From the human T2T-CHM13v2.0 reference genome, Homo sapiens, in the NCBI RefSeq assembly GCF_009914755.1, contig NC_060940.1: a stretch of DNA of 64,000 nucleotides; one strand, written 5' to 3'. Below, piece after piece: positions 1 through 13,449 of this stretch. The notes beneath the pieces are model-generated. The model searched no databases. It worked only from the letters and a program-made list of their open reading frames with translations, and had not been told where the DNA came from. Every line of letters begins with the position of its first letter. Within the stretch, counting starts at the first letter, position 1. Position numbers and translations under genes: made by a program.

Positions 1-3000
1 GTATAGCTAAAAAAAGGGGGGCGGGGGGCGGGACTGGGCTTCCAGATGACCAGATCCCACTCCCAGGAGAGGAAGTGCTCCCTGATAGGTACAGATTTGA
101 GGCTGCATGTAAGGCTGGACAGAATCTCCCTGGGCCTAGATTGCACCTGTGTTCACCTGGGAGCCTGGCACCAAGAGTGGCAGAGACAGACACAGAGCTG
201 CTCAGTCTAGCAACAGAGGAGACAGAAGACAGGGGTGGGAAGGCGCCATCTCAGACCCGTGCTGATGGGCAAGCCAGGCTCATGGCTGCAGGGAGAAAAA
301 ACATTCAATGCCACGACCTGAAGGCACAACCCAGAGCTCCAGCCTCTGCATCCTCACACCCTCAGCCCCCACCCAGGGCCCAAGCAATGCAGACCAGGTC
401 CTCTCTGATCACTGGCATTTTTCAGCCTGGGAGCCAGCCTTCTAGAACATTTTCCTGCTCCCTCACATTGGGTCACTCAGGCACATTAACTTGCGCTTCT
501 GTCTGTTCCCTTGTAGCTTCCCAGGCCCCCAGGACAGGGCACAGAACATGGTCTTTAGCTTCTGCCTCTGCTGAATCTCCCAAGTAATCTTACCCGAATC
601 ACTGTTCTTAGCTATTCATTTCCAGAAAACAGGAAAGAACCTACGAGGCAGGGTGGTCACCAATAGAATGGCCTGGGGTCCAAAAAAAGGCCAGTGAATG
701 AAACTTAACAGAATCCAGATGTGGCCTTGGCAGACACACGGCAGCCCCAAATGCCTCAGTCTGACTGGGCTTCCTTGATAGAATGTTGTTGGACACTGAG
801 CGGGGCTGTCGTGCTTTTATAAAGGGTTGAGTAAACCAGAGAAGACAGGAGAAACAGATCCTCTCCACAGACTCTAGAGAAACAGGGCCAACCATATCAA
901 GTGGGGAGAGCCACGGCTCATAAGCACTTTTCGGCAGCCCTGTCTTCCCCCATGAGCAAGGGGAAGAGGACATGGGCTTAATAGGAAATGGGGAAGAAGC
1001 AAGTCCCGACCAAAAGATTCCATGCTGTGGCCACCCTCGGCCCGCCCTGCTGACCTGACAGGTTTCAGGTGAGTCAAGTCATTCAACCCCCAGCCCCTGT
1101 ATATACATGGCGTTCACACAAGCTCACTCCTCTGCCCCCAGCCAGCAGAAAGCTGGTGTCCCAGCGCCACCTGCTGACTTTCCAGGCCTACCGCAGGGTG
1201 GCCAGTGGACTCTGCGTGAACATGCCCCAACTGTGGAAGAAAAAAATGAGGCAGCGCCCAGGCAAGGAAGCAAGTCAGGTGATGCCTCAGGAAGGCTTCA
1301 GTGAAGAATGACTAACACCAGGGCTTCTACTGCCCTGAGCGACTCTTACCCACAAGTCTGGAATCAGGAAAACAGGTTACAACTGGGAGAGTCACCTAGA
1401 GCAGACCCGAGAAGGCTGCCCCAAAGGGCTGCCCCAAGTCCATTTTGGTACAGCTGCGTTGCCTTCCTTGTAGCCTCCCAGCACACAGACACTGGAGAAG
1501 ATGGGAAGAGGAGGGCTAGAGCTGGGGGAAATGGAGGCCGTTTCAAATGAGAACATGCCTTGTGGCAGCTCCAGCCCATGACCCAGATGGAGCTCGCCCA
1601 TCCTGAGGACAGTGCAGTAAGCACAGGGCAAAGGGGCAGGTGTGGGTCTCGCCTGTCCTCCCTTCTTCTTGAGAACAAGTGACAGACCAGCTGGGTTTCT
1701 GGGGTTTTGCTGTGTATCTTTTTTAAAACCAGCTATCTGAGCGGTTTGGGGTAAGCTGGAGGGTAGAGAGCAACCGAGTGAGGTAAGACAACTTAGGCAA
1801 AGGTAGTCTGTGATTAGATGACTCAACCTAAAAAAGAAGAAAAAGCAGCTCAGCAGAGAAGCACGGGCAGCTCCATCTGGGCTAATGACAGCGATGGGAT
1901 TCTACCCTGGAGGGGTAAGGAGGAAACAAAAGATGCCTGTGGATCAAGTTCAGATCAGCAAAAATTCAGGGGGCTTCCACACAAACAGGGGCCCTCCTGT
2001 GACTGGCTGCTAACCAGCACTTTGGGCCTAACCTTGACCACCATTTAAGCTGAATAAGGCAGAGAAAGCAGTGCAGGTCCTCTGAACACACAAACCCCAG
2101 CCCAGAGGGAGCTGCTGTCCCCAACACACTCCAAGACTCAAGAGGGCCTCTCGCTAGCTGTCCCCCTGAAGTGCAAGGTTGGCAGGAAGGGAACAGGAGC
2201 GACTGCCGGAGTTTTCCACAAGCGGAAACCAGTGGCTCATCCAGTGTGGTCCCCTGGAGGTGGCCCCGATGCATCCATCTTCACAAACTCTCATAGCTCC
2301 TAAGACCTGAAAAGCTGGGCTGCTTGTCTAAAAAGCCCGACAAGTTCAACCCAGACATGCACCTAAAGCTGTCGCCGTCAGCCCGGGACAGCCCATTCAG
2401 TCACCAAAGGTTTCAGTGGCCCTTCATATGTGCCAGGCCCTTGGCACTGAGCTTAACAGTCTAAAGGGGAAGAGCCCAGGTTTTCCATGATGGGCAACCC
2501 TGTCAAGTGCCACGCCTCAGAGCTGCATATGCAGGCTGCCCTGGGACCTGAGGACAGCACTATGGGTCAGCCAGGGACATGGTGTGGGCCCCTCGGAACA
2601 GGCTCCACAGGGAAGCCTCAGAGATTCATGAAGAGGAGGTTCTGGCTGGGCCGGCAGCTGGAGGGGGTGTTCCGCACAGAGACCCCCAAAATGCTCAGAG
2701 AATTGAGTTGGGGGAGAGCATGTATTACGTGAGGCTCTCCCATGAGACCCACATGGCTGCTTCGTGACAGGGGGAGGCCGAAGCAGAGACTGTGGGGGAG
2801 CCGCGTCCTGGAGGATCCATGTGATAGCAAGCCACTGGAAGTGGGGTGCACAAGCCAAAGGGGGGAAGGCAGGTGGCAGGGAGCCCACTTGGTCTATATG
2901 GGATGGTGGTGGCCCCACCACAGCAGTGGTCCCAAGGGTTGTGAGAGAGAGGCTTAGGAGGCGACATCTACAGGCTCTTTCATGGGTGGAGTCCAGCTCT

Positions 3001-4126
3001 GCAGGCTGAAGACTTCTTGAGGTTGGCTACCTGAAAACGTGAAAGTGCCTCACCCTGCTGGGCCACACACTGAGAAATGGCCATGATGGTTGGGCAGTCA
3101 CATGGGACAAGAAGAAAGGGCAGATCAGCCCCAGGCTTCTGGGTCAAGTGATAGGACTGAGACAGTAGTGGCAGAGGCAGGACAAAAGCTCAGAAGGCTT
3201 TGGCTGGGAAGCTGGAACTCTCCCACTGCTATCCAGGCAGCAGCAGAAGACTATGGGGGCCAAGGGTACTGGCTTGCTTCTAGGTGTGATGTTTCCTTTC
3301 AGGCCAGGCCCCCTTTCCCAATTACAAGGGCTACTCAGGGGTTCTCAGGCTAACCTCCTATGTGTCCTAAGCCCAGTCCCACTGAAAACTTGTGCTAAGC
3401 ACCAGGCTTTCTCCGGAACATGCTCCCCTCCTTGGCCACTAACCTGCTCACATCCTCCTTCTTGATCTTGCCTCCCTCTTCCTTCTGCTCCCCGATCTTC
3501 TATCGCTCTGCTGGAGGCTGGAATCCATCCTGTCATCACATTCCCTCTGTCCCAGCCTCAATACCTCTGTGAAGCCAGCAACCCAAGCTCAACTGCCCGG
3601 AAGCACCCTATCCTGATCATCTGCTAGGCCTCCCCTGCTCAACCCTGCTCTCCCTGTCCCCTCCTTTCCTTGCTGTCCCCAGGCCTGGCCAGAAGTCCCA
3701 CTCTGCAACCAGCCCTCACACCTAGCACGATAGTGTTACTCCATGGGCAGCCAGAGCTCCCTTTCCAGCAGGGGGCTGCGTCCTGGCATTCCGAAAGCCC
3801 AGAGCAGAACCAAGATCATCTCAGACTCCCAGAGACTGGAAAAGCCTGCTGATTCAACTCCACGTGGGCCTCTCAGCTCTGTCCCCTCAACCCCACTTCT
3901 GCTACCAGTGCCCCAGTTCAGGTTCCCAGCAAGTCTCACTGACAACCTCCAACTTGGTCTCCCCACTTCAGGCTCTCCTGCTCCACTCCATCCCATACAC
4001 CCTTGCAAAATATTAATCCACACAGGTGACTGCATCCCAGCAGTACTGGAATACCCACTAGGCAGGCTCTCTACCACTCAGAAAAGTTGCATACGAAGTC
4101 TGGAGCCCTTAACTCCTAACCATCTA

Positions 4127-4172
4127 ACCTGCTCAGGCCATGAGTACCTGCTCACGCCATGAGTACCTGCTC
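4127..4172. repeat. 19-bp tandem duplication (acctgctcaSgccatgagt x2.4)
   Basis: Units at 4127-4145 and 4146-4164, partial unit at 4165-4172. Confidence 0.85.
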
Positions 4173-4224
4173 GCATTCAAGAACTGAGCCTCTCCGTGGG
4201 ACATAAAGAATGTGGAAAGAAAGG

Positions 4225-4585
4225 GGGTGGGTGTGGTGGCTCATGCCTGTACTCTCAGCACTTTGGGAGGCCGAGGTGGGCGGATCACATGAGGACAGGA
4301 GTAGGAGATGACCAGCCTGGCCAACATGGCGAAACCCTCTCTCTACTAAAAATACAAAAATTAGCCAGGCGTGGTGGCATGTGACTGTAGTCCCAGCTAC
4401 TTGGGAGGCTGAGACATGAGAACTGCTTGAACCCAGGAAGCGGAGGCTGCAGTAAGCCGAGATTGTGCCACTGCCCTCCGGCCTCGGCGACACAGAGAGA
4501 CTGTGTCTCAAAAAAAAAAAAAAAAAAAAAAAAAGAAAAAAAAGAAAAAGAAAAAAGAAAAAAAATCAACAACAACAACAAAGAA
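4225..4585 (+). mobile_element. AluS element with long A-rich tail
   Basis: Both arms, A5TACA5 linker, poly-A grading into GAAAAA/CAA repeats. Confidence 0.95.
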
Positions 4586-4752
4586 ACAGACAGATAATAG
4601 GAGTGGCACGGGTGCTCCAAGAGGATCAGGAGGCCCAAAGAAAACGGACTAGCTGAGGCCACTGTTTATGACGTCAGAAACAGAGCTGCAGTCTCGACAT
4701 CCACCATTGAGGAATTGGGTAGACACTCAGGAACACTCAAGAACGCTGGAGA

Positions 4753-5021
4753 GGCCAGGCACAGTGGCTCATGCCTGTAATCCTAGCACTTTGGGAGGAT
4801 GAGGTGGGAGGATTTCTTGAGCCCAGCAGTTTGAGATCAGCTTGGGCAACAGAGCAAGACTCTGTCTCCACAAAAAATTTAAAAATTAGGACGTGGTGGC
4901 ACGTGCCTATAGTCCCAGCTACTCGGGAGGCTGAGGCAAAAGGGCAGGGCTGCAGTGAGCCATGGTCACACCAATGCACTCCAGCCTGGGTGATGGAGTG
5001 AGAACTTGTCTCAAAAATAAG

Positions 5022-5056
<35 letters not shown>

Positions 5057-5058
5057 AT
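4753..5058 (+). mobile_element. AluJ element (right-arm deletion) with (TAAA)n tail
   Basis: ggccaggcacagtggctc start; J-type gggaggatttcttgagccc; (TAAA)n tail. Confidence 0.9.
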
Positions 5059-5210
5059 ATGTTGGAAACAGGTCAGTTGTCCCAGAAAAACATTCATGAT
5101 AAACTGAGTAGAACATTCAAGTCACCAAGGGGCATTTAAAGCATGTGGTGCTTTAAAGCCCCATGGTTAACTTTTTTTAAACATGGGAATGTTTTTGAAA
5201 AGCATGTGGA

Positions 5211-5230
5211 GGCTGGGCGTGGTGGCTCAG
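5211..5230 (+). mobile_element. 20-bp Alu 5' stub
   Basis: ggctgggcgtggtggctca matches the Alu start, then homology stops abruptly. Confidence 0.6.
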
Positions 5231-5424
5231 GTGCCACACCCTCCCATGTTCCCATCCAGTAGCCTGATCCAAAAAAGCCATGAGGTTGGTCTTGGGTGAC
5301 TTCTTAGAAAAGGAAATGGTGATCCCAGGGATCAGTGTGGATTCACCAGTTGCCCATAAGCGATCTAGTTAATCATTTCTGGAATTTTGCCAGAAATATA
5401 TACTCCTTGCTAGTCTAAGAGTTA

Positions 5425-8400
5425 AGGCTAGAACCAAGACAGGGGCAAAGGCCGGGGCAGATCTAGGGCACAAGCAGGGCAGGCTAGGGCAGGGCAATGG
5501 CAAGACCAGGCCATGGCAGGGCCAGCCCAGGATAGAACAGGGCACAGGCAGGGCAGGGCCAGGGCCATGGCTGGGGCAGGACAAGGACCAGGACCGGGGT
5601 CCAGGCCAGGGCAAGGGTATGGCCAGGGTAGAGGTAGGGCCAGAGCCAGGGTCTGGGCAGGACCAAGGCAGGTCCATTGCAGGGCCAGGGTTCAGACCAG
5701 GGCCAGAGCAGGGCTGGGACAAGGCCAGTGCCAGGACCAGGAAAGGGCAATGTCAGGACAAGGGCAATGGCAGGACCAGCAATGGGGCTAGGGCCAGGAC
5801 AGGGACAGGGACAGGGTCAGGGCTAGGGCCAGAATAGCATGCCGGGGTAGAGCCAGGCCAAAGTAGGGCCAGGACAGGGTCAGGACCAGGGCTGGGCCAG
5901 GGTATGGCCTTAAGTAGCAAAGGGCCAGGGCCAGGGTCCATGCCAGTGCCAGCGCCAGTCCAGGGCAGAGGCAGGGCCATGGCCAGGTCTAGGACAAGGC
6001 TAGGGCAGGGCCAAGGTCTGGGTCAGGGTCAGCACAAGACCAGGACAGAGCCAAGGGAGGGACAGGGCCATGGTAGGGCCAGGTTAAATCAAGGACAACA
6101 CACCTGCAAATCCACTTCAGGGCCAGGGTCAGGGTAGGGCCAGTTCAGGGCCAGGGCCAAGACAGGGCGAGGGCCAGGGCTGTCAGGGTCATTGGCAGGG
6201 CCAGGGCCATGGCAGGACCAGGGTCAGGAGCAGGGGTCAATGCCAGGCCAAGGCCACAGATAGGACCAGGTCTGTGCTAGGGCCAGTGTGAGGGCCAAGG
6301 CGGGGTCAGGGCAGGGCCAAAGGGAGGGCAGGGCCAGGGCAGGGTGGAGCAGGCCCAGGGTAGCACAGGGTTAAGGTAGGGCACGACCAACCAGGGCAGG
6401 TCTATGGATGGGGCCGGGACAGGGCCAGGGCTGGGGCAGGGCCAGAGCCAGGGCAGGGCCAAGACAGTGGCAGCTCCAGGGCAGGGCCAGGGTTAGGACC
6501 ATGGACATGTCCAAGGCCAGTGCCAGGGCAAGGGCAAGGGCAGGGGCAGGGCCAGGGTCATCTAAGAACCAGGGACAAAGCCAGGCCCAGAGCAGGGCCA
6601 GGACAGGTACCTGGCAGGGCTAGGGTCTGGGACAGGGTCATGGCAGGGCCAGGGCCACAACCAGGTCTGTGTTATGGCCAGGTCCAACACAGTGCCCAGG
6701 TAAGGCTAGGGTGAAGGCCAAGGTAGGGCCAGGGCAGGGCCAAAGCCAGCCTAGGGCCAAGGCAGGGCCAGGGCCGGCAAGGCAGGGCCAGGAAAGAATA
6801 GGGCCAAGGCAGGGCAGGGCCAGGCCAGTGCCAGGACCTGGGCAGGGCCAGGGAACAGCCAGAGCAGGGCCAGGGCCAGGGCCATGGCCATGGCCTGGGC
6901 AGGACCAGGTTCAGGGCAGGAGCAAAACAAGGGCAAGGACAGTGCAGGTTCTTGGCACAGCCAGGGTCCAGGACAGTGTCAGGGCATGGCCAAGGCAGGG
7001 TCTGGGCCATGGTAAGACCAGCAACAGGGCTGGGGCTAGGCCAGTGACAGTGACAGGACCAGAGTCAGGGCAAGCGCCAGAGCAGTGCAAGGCCAGGGTA
7101 AGGGCCAGGCATTTCAGGGTCAGGGCCAGAGGAGAACCAGGGCAAGGTCTCAAGCGGGGAAGGGCCAGGGCCAGGACAGGTCCAGGGCAGGGCCATGACA
7201 GGGCCAGGGGCTGCATTAGGGTAAGGGCAGGGCCAGAGCAAGGTAAGGGTCAGGGCCAAGGCCAGGGTAGGGACAGGGCAAGAAATATGGCAGGACTAGG
7301 GGCAATGCCAAGGCCAAGGCTGGGCCAGGGCTGAGTCAGGGCTGAGTCAGGGCAGCGCAGGAGAGGGCATGGTATGGCCAGTGCAGGACAGGACAAGAGC
7401 CGGTCCACAGAGAGAGCAGGGCTGATGCCAAGAAAGAGCCAGGCTAGTGCCAAGGCTGAGGCAGTGTCAGAGCATGTCCAGGGCAGGGCTGGGGCCAGGA
7501 CCAGAACTGAGCCAGGGCACAGCCAAGGCAGGGTACGGCAGGGAAATAGTATGGCCGGGTCAGTACTGGGACAGGGCAGAGCAGGGCAAGGTGATGGTAG
7601 GGGCAGGGCAGGGACAGACCAATGCAGAGCCATGTTATGCTGGGGCCAGGACACCTCCAAGTCCACTTCAGGGCCAGGGCTATGGCAGGACAAAGACCAG
7701 GGCCAGGGTCAGGGCCAGGTCTGTGCTAGGGCCAGCTCCAGAGCAGGGCCTAGCGAAGACTAAGGTGAGGGTCAAGGTAAGGCCAGGGCAGGGTCAAAGG
7801 CAGAGTAGGGCCAGGGCAGGGTGATGACACATCCAGAGCACAGCAGGGCAGGGTGATGGCAAGACCAGGGACAGACCACTGCCAGCTCAGGGCCAGGGAA
7901 AGGCCAGTGCTGAGCCAGGAAAGGGTCTGGGTCTGGGTCAGGGCCAGGACAAAGGCAGAGGAGGGCCAGGGCCATGGCAGAGTCAGGGCAGGTCCTTGAC
8001 AGGACCAGGTTCCAGGCCAGAGCCAGGGCAGCAGCAGGGGCAGGGCCTGGATAAGGGCAGGGCCAGGGATATGGCAGGACCAGGGCTAGGGCCAGGGCCA
8101 GGCCATAGTGAGGGCAGGGCAAAAGCCAAGGCAGGGTCAGGTCAGGTCCAGGGAGTGGCCAGCACCAAGCGGGGCCAAGGCACAACCAGCGCAGGGTAAG
8201 GCAGGACAATGGCACCACTGGGCCATGACAGGGCAAGGTCAGTGTCAGGAGAGGGCAGAACAGGAAGGCCCATGGTGGGGCCAGGGCAGGGACAGGCCAA
8301 AGCAAGGCCAGGACATGTCCAAGGCCCGGTCAGGGACAGAACAGGAGCAGGACCATGACCATTGGCAGGGCCAGCGCCATGACAGGACCAGGGTCAGGAC

Positions 8401-8635
8401 AAGAGGCAGGGCCAGAGCCAGGGCCAGAGCCAAGGTCAGGCCAGTGCAGGTTCAGGGCAGGGCCAGTGCCAGGGCAAGACCAGGGCAGGGACAGGGTAGC
8501 ACAGGGCCAAGACAGTGTCAGGATGGGACCAGAGCAGGACAGGGCCTAGAGTCCAGGTAACAGTAGGGCAGGTACAGGGCAAGGCAGGGCAGTAAAGGGC
8601 CAGATCCATGGCAGGGGCAGGGCAAAGACAGGCCC
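5425..8635 (+). repeat. Degenerate CAGGG/CAGGGC array (pericentromeric CAGGG repeat, Ig-switch-like)
   Basis: Hundreds of cagggc/ccaggg/caagg units; strongly G-rich on the + strand. Confidence 0.9.
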
Positions 8636-8639
8636 ATTG

Positions 8640-9775
8640 CCAATGCACCAGCCCTCCCTACAAAGCTCCTACGGCCTGGCCACTGCTGCAGCCCATCCAT
8701 CGCTGTAAGCCTGACCCCCAACCCTGGCTGCAGCCGCCTGCCCTCCTAGCACAGCCGCTCTCCTACCGCTCTGGTGCACTGCAGTCTCCGTCGCTGCCAC
8801 CCACTCGCAGCGAGGCGAGCTGTGGTGTCGCAGGCTCTGGGTGTCTCCTCCTCCTCCTGGCATGGAGCAGCTGGGCGGGCAAAACCAGAAAAGCCTAGAG
8901 GAAGATGTGAGGGGTGGAAGGGTTAGAGCCTCAACTTGTCATGCTGGCCACTGGGTGGCAGGGGCCAGTTTCAGCAAAGGCACTCACATCCACCCTCCAA
9001 AGTCCAGCCTCTCCTTTTGGCCCAAGCTGGCCGGGAACTGGGGTCTGGGGTGGGTGCTGGAGACACCACAGCACCCAGCTCCCCACTCCACAGAAACCAC
9101 TGGGCCCACCGGGTCTGCACTCCTTGGGGAGCAGGAGAAGCAGAAAAATTCAGACCCAGCCAGCCCTCCACACGCAGGTGCCAACTCCTGTTCCGAACGC
9201 CTCCACACACAGTGCCCTGTGTCCCGTGGTGTCCCCAGGGGTGCCTGGCAGCCTCTGAGGCACAGACCCAGAGTGCACAGGCCCAGGAACCACGGTGGGT
9301 GTGGGGGCTCTGCTGTGCTCAGGATTCCCATGCAAACGCTGTGCGCCTGCCGCACTCCAGTATGACCCAGTGTGGGTCGCCCTCTGGAGTGTGGAGTCAG
9401 GGAGAGGAGAACCACTCCTTCCTTGGATGCCAACTCTGCTGACCTCTGCCAGCAGTACAGCCCCTGATAGCACCAAGCTCACCCCCCCACAGCTAGTCCT
9501 GCCCTCAATAGCACCCCCCACCTCCATCCCCCAATGCCGCCAGTAGCGTATACCAAATAGTGCCCTAACCTGTCCTCCTCCACGGGCATTGCAGCCCCAG
9601 AAAGCACCCATAACCCACCCTCTCTGCCGTGGGCAGTGCAGCCCTGTACAGTGCTACCAACCAGTACCCCTAATGCAGGCAATGACACCCTGGATAGCGT
9701 CCCCAACCTACCCTACACTGTGACCTAAGGTGCAGCCCTGGATAGCCCCTGTCCTGCCACTCTGGTCGTGCTGCA
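8640..9775. repeat. REP522-like pericentromeric/subtelomeric repeat
   Basis: Degenerate ~40-50-bp units of the type gcagtgcagccc..gatagc.ccccaacc at ~9450-9775; family name from recall; left boundary uncertain. Confidence 0.55.
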
Positions 9776-12424
9776 CATCAGCCATCCAAGAGTGAGATGC
9801 TAATGCTCCAAGTCCTAATCTCACTTGAGGAAATGCATGCCCTGCTCCACTTCCAAACACTTTGTAGACAGAGGTCCTTTCACTGAAGAACAAGCACCCA
9901 CAGGACATGCTCCTCACAGTGAACCCACATTTGATTAGCATGGAGACAATTGGGATCATTTCTGGGACCATTACTGTCTATGACACTGAGCAGATGCCTT
10001 TGCCTCATCCTGGTTTCATCAGGCACTAGCACAGCCCACTGGGGGCTCTGATGAAGTGACCGCTGGATGTCCCATGTGAGTATCCAGCAGGCCCCATGGA
10101 CAAGCTCTGAGATCTTCTGGGTGCTACTGAGACAGTGTCTTCAGCATCTGCCTGAGATCCTAAGATCTTCAATAGAAGACTCTTGGTTTACTGATTTGGC
10201 TTGTGATGTGTGATTGGTGCTGATTTTCTCATAGACTGACAATGGCAATGAGGTGTTGGAATAATAATTTGGAGTTCTTCATGAACTCCCAGCTCTCAAA
10301 ATAATTTCCAAGGAATTGGTGTTTTGAGTAAGTTTGGGTTTTATTTCTCATTCTATTTAAAATAATTTTGTGACATATTTATATCAGGAAACACAAGACA
10401 CTCCAATGAGAAAGCTGTTTTTATGTGAGGTACAAAGCACTGGAGAGATGGAGATGTCCTTGAATTCTCAGAATTGCTAGAACTTGAATACCAAGGTCAC
10501 CTCTGAATGGCAGTAGTCTGTCTGTGAGGACATCAATCAGCTCTGCCTTTAGGAATTTTTGAATGTGTGGACAAGATCAAGAGTGTGATTTATTTTTATC
10601 CATCCTGGTTAGAGGGAAACTTCCAGTCCCAGGAAGTGGGTGATTTTAACTGAAACACCTGAGAGCTGCCATTCTGAGCAGTTTTGAACCCTGAGATCTA
10701 TTGAAGATCTTTGGAGAAAGCAGTGGGGCCTATCTGCATTCTCCTCAACGTGTGATCCTGAGGATGTGGCCTAATTTCTGTACACTTTCATGTTAAAAGA
10801 TGTAGATGGCAGACTGAAGTGACAATTTCATATGCAAACTCTATAATAGGTCATAACTGGAGAATAGTCTCATCACCAAGATTACTTCACTTACTTTCCT
10901 GGGAACCAGGGAGAACCTCCGTGAGCCCTCCCATCTGAGCACACAAAGAACTCTGCTCCTGCCCTGACAGATCACACCTGTGACACGGGTACTTGAGGAC
11001 AACAAGAATCAAGTCTATTGTCCTCATTCATATATTGACCAATCTAGCTTGATCCTTCTGTCTCTGAAAGGCCTCTCCTCCACTGAATTGCATGAACATA
11101 CCTTCTGGTGAGGGGCATTGCAACTTTGGTATTTGATATTAGTTTAGTGAATTACATAATAAATATGCATCCATGGATTTTGGTAACAGGAGAGTCATCA
11201 GAAGCTGGGTGAGTCATATAATCAGGACAAACCTGGGCTCTCTTCTTAGTACCTGGAAAGAGTGGGCTGACCTTCTGTGGGGCAACAGAGGGGAAGAGAC
11301 AGACCAAACTTCCAGAACCAGGTGAGCTCCTCACTTTCCAGGTGGTCTCTGAGCCTTTTGTTTGAACCCATGCAGAAGGACCTGTCCTCGCCTTCAGTGA
11401 AATGGCAAAGTTGCAGAAAAGATCACAGTGACCAATAATTTTTACTTACAGAGATAAAAGTGTCATAGACCTGTAAACATCAATGTGGGTGTGTATACGG
11501 TTTGCTAGGGTGTTCTCATACACCCACAAAAAATGAAATTATATTTTCTGGAAAGAAAACCAAAGGGCTTCTGAATTTGTAGGTTTTGTTATTCTCATAT
11601 ATGCCAGCTCCCATTTTAGGATGCTGCTCCCTAGGAACCAGGACATCGGCCCTCTGACCCTGATGACAGAACGAGCTGCTGAGGCTCAGTTCTGGACAAG
11701 AGCTACTGATAAGAGACTCACTTCCTCCACACAGCCCCACTCATGGCTGGAGGCTCTTCCCTGGGTGCAGCACCACAGAGGACATTGGGTCCCTGGTTCA
11801 CAGCCCTGCTCCTGTGGCAGAGAGTCCACCCCAGCAAGAACTGCTTGCTGATAAAGTGGGAAACTTCTCCCCAACCCTCCGCTGAGCAGTCAGAGCCTAT
11901 GCTGAGGGAGGAAAAAGCTCATCTGTCTCCATCTGCAGAAACTTACTTAGGAGCTCTGTCCCAGGAAAGAGGGGCTGCTGTAATTTAGCCATAATATAGA
12001 ATCTTGAATCTGGTCTTAAACTACCTACATTCGTTTACAATAGAATGTGGAAAAGTTCAAAGCTTGAGTGTGCTCTCCAAAATATTGGAGGCTGTGGTGA
12101 AAGGAAGGCCCTTGGAAAGAAACAGGTGGATGCATGGGAGACAATGGCTAAACTGCAGGCCTGCTGGCTGGCTGGCTGGAGAAAACCAAGTAGGGAGAGA
12201 CCTGGAGTTCTTCTGGGGTCAGAACAAATATCAGACACTCTTCAAACAAGCCCAGTTTTGTCTGTATTAGTCTGTGATGCAATTCAAACCTTAGTGCTTT
12301 GTTAAAAAGAACAGAATTTTCAATCTGCAAGTGGTGGAATTCAACATCTGGGCCTGGTCAGGAAAGAGACAGAGAAAGCTCAGCCCATACAACTGATATC
12401 TGAGAATGGCAGTGTTTCTTACAA

Positions 12425-12612
12425 CTATGTCCCTTTGGTCGTTGAGACTGGCTTCTCTCAATTAGCGTAATGTCTGGAGTTCACTTGTAATAGTTTGTGT
12501 ATCGGTCATTTGTTAGTTTTTATGCTGATGGTATTCAATGTATAGATGGTGCCTACCTTCTTTGCCCATTCGAATTTTCATACATTCATGTTATTTTTAG
12601 TTTCTAACACAT

Positions 12613-12656
<44 letters not shown>

Positions 12657-13260
12657 TGTTGAATATTTGCATAGAGGTTTTGTTTGAATATAAAATTATA
12701 TTTCTCTGAAGCAAATATTCAGGAGGGGGATTTTTAGGTAATGTGTTAAGGGCATATATAATTTTACAAGAAACTAAGAATTATTTTCCTGTGTAGCTGT
12801 TTCTATTTCCATTCCCATTAGCAATGTTTTAGACTCTGGAAACCTGGTATGCTCACCAGCATTGGTGTGATCCATCTTTCTTCTTAATTTCAGCCATTCT
12901 AAAAAGGGTGTTTGGGTATCTTATAGTGGTCTTGATTTGAATTTCTCTGATGAAAAATCCTGTTGAGATCCTGTTTATATGCCTATGTGTAATCTGTACA
13001 TCTTCTTTAATGAAATGCCTGCACAAAACTTTGCCTATTTTATCCACGGGTTGCCTCTTCTTTTATTCACTGTTGAGTTTTGAAGTTTCTTACTATAATT
13101 ACACAGGTGGTGATATGATTTGCAAATCTTCTCATCTAAAACTTGACATTCATTCTCTTAAAATCACTTGAGTACAAAAGGATTTTAAGTTAAATGAAGT
13201 TCAACTGATATTAATTTCATTTATTGATCATGATTTAAACTTTAATTTTCAAGATCTTTG
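12425..13260 (-). mobile_element. Old L1M 3' fragment
   Basis: ORF 12853-13047 (RHFIKEDVQ...IREIQIKTTIRY) resembles the L1 ORF2 C-terminus. Confidence 0.75.
12614..12654. repeat. (CA)~20 microsatellite
   Basis: Perfect CA run. Confidence 0.95.
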
Positions 13261-13267
13261 GTCAACT

Positions 13268-13421
13268 ATTTTTTATTTATTTATTTATTTATTTTTATTA
13301 TTATACTTTAAGTTTTAGGGTACATGTGCGCATTGTGCAGGTTAGTTACATATGTATACATGTGCCATGCTGGTGCGCTGCACCATCTTGTCATCTAGCA
13401 TTAGGTGTATCTCCCAATGCT
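13268..13421 (-). mobile_element. Very short young L1PA (L1PA2-like) 3' end
   Basis: (TTTA)n tail then attatactttaagttttagggtacatgtgcgcattgtgcaggttagttac...tctcccaatgct. Confidence 0.85.
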
Positions 13422-13449
13422 TAATAATTTTATATTTTCAATTGTAATT

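Larger units (their letters stand above)
1..5230. other. GC-rich unique intron-like DNA; possibly the distal end of the Xq28 (SLC6A8/BCAP31)-derived duplicon known at 16p11
   Basis: No recognisable exon. The assignment is inferred only from context (abuts a CAGGG array and an IGHV2/OR16 orphon) and is not verified by alignment. Confidence 0.3.

Noticed and set aside
75-4162. Many short overlapping ORFs on both strands
   Set aside because: No recognisable homology, many non-ATG starts, and a density expected for GC-rich DNA.
5369-8721. Gly/Gln/Arg/Pro/Trp-rich ORFs
   Set aside because: Translations of the CAGGG repeat, open in several frames on both strands.
9776-12420. Possible second IGHV pseudogene (near-octamer atgcaaac at ~10832)
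   Set aside because: No leader, V framework motifs or RSS could be recognised by eye.
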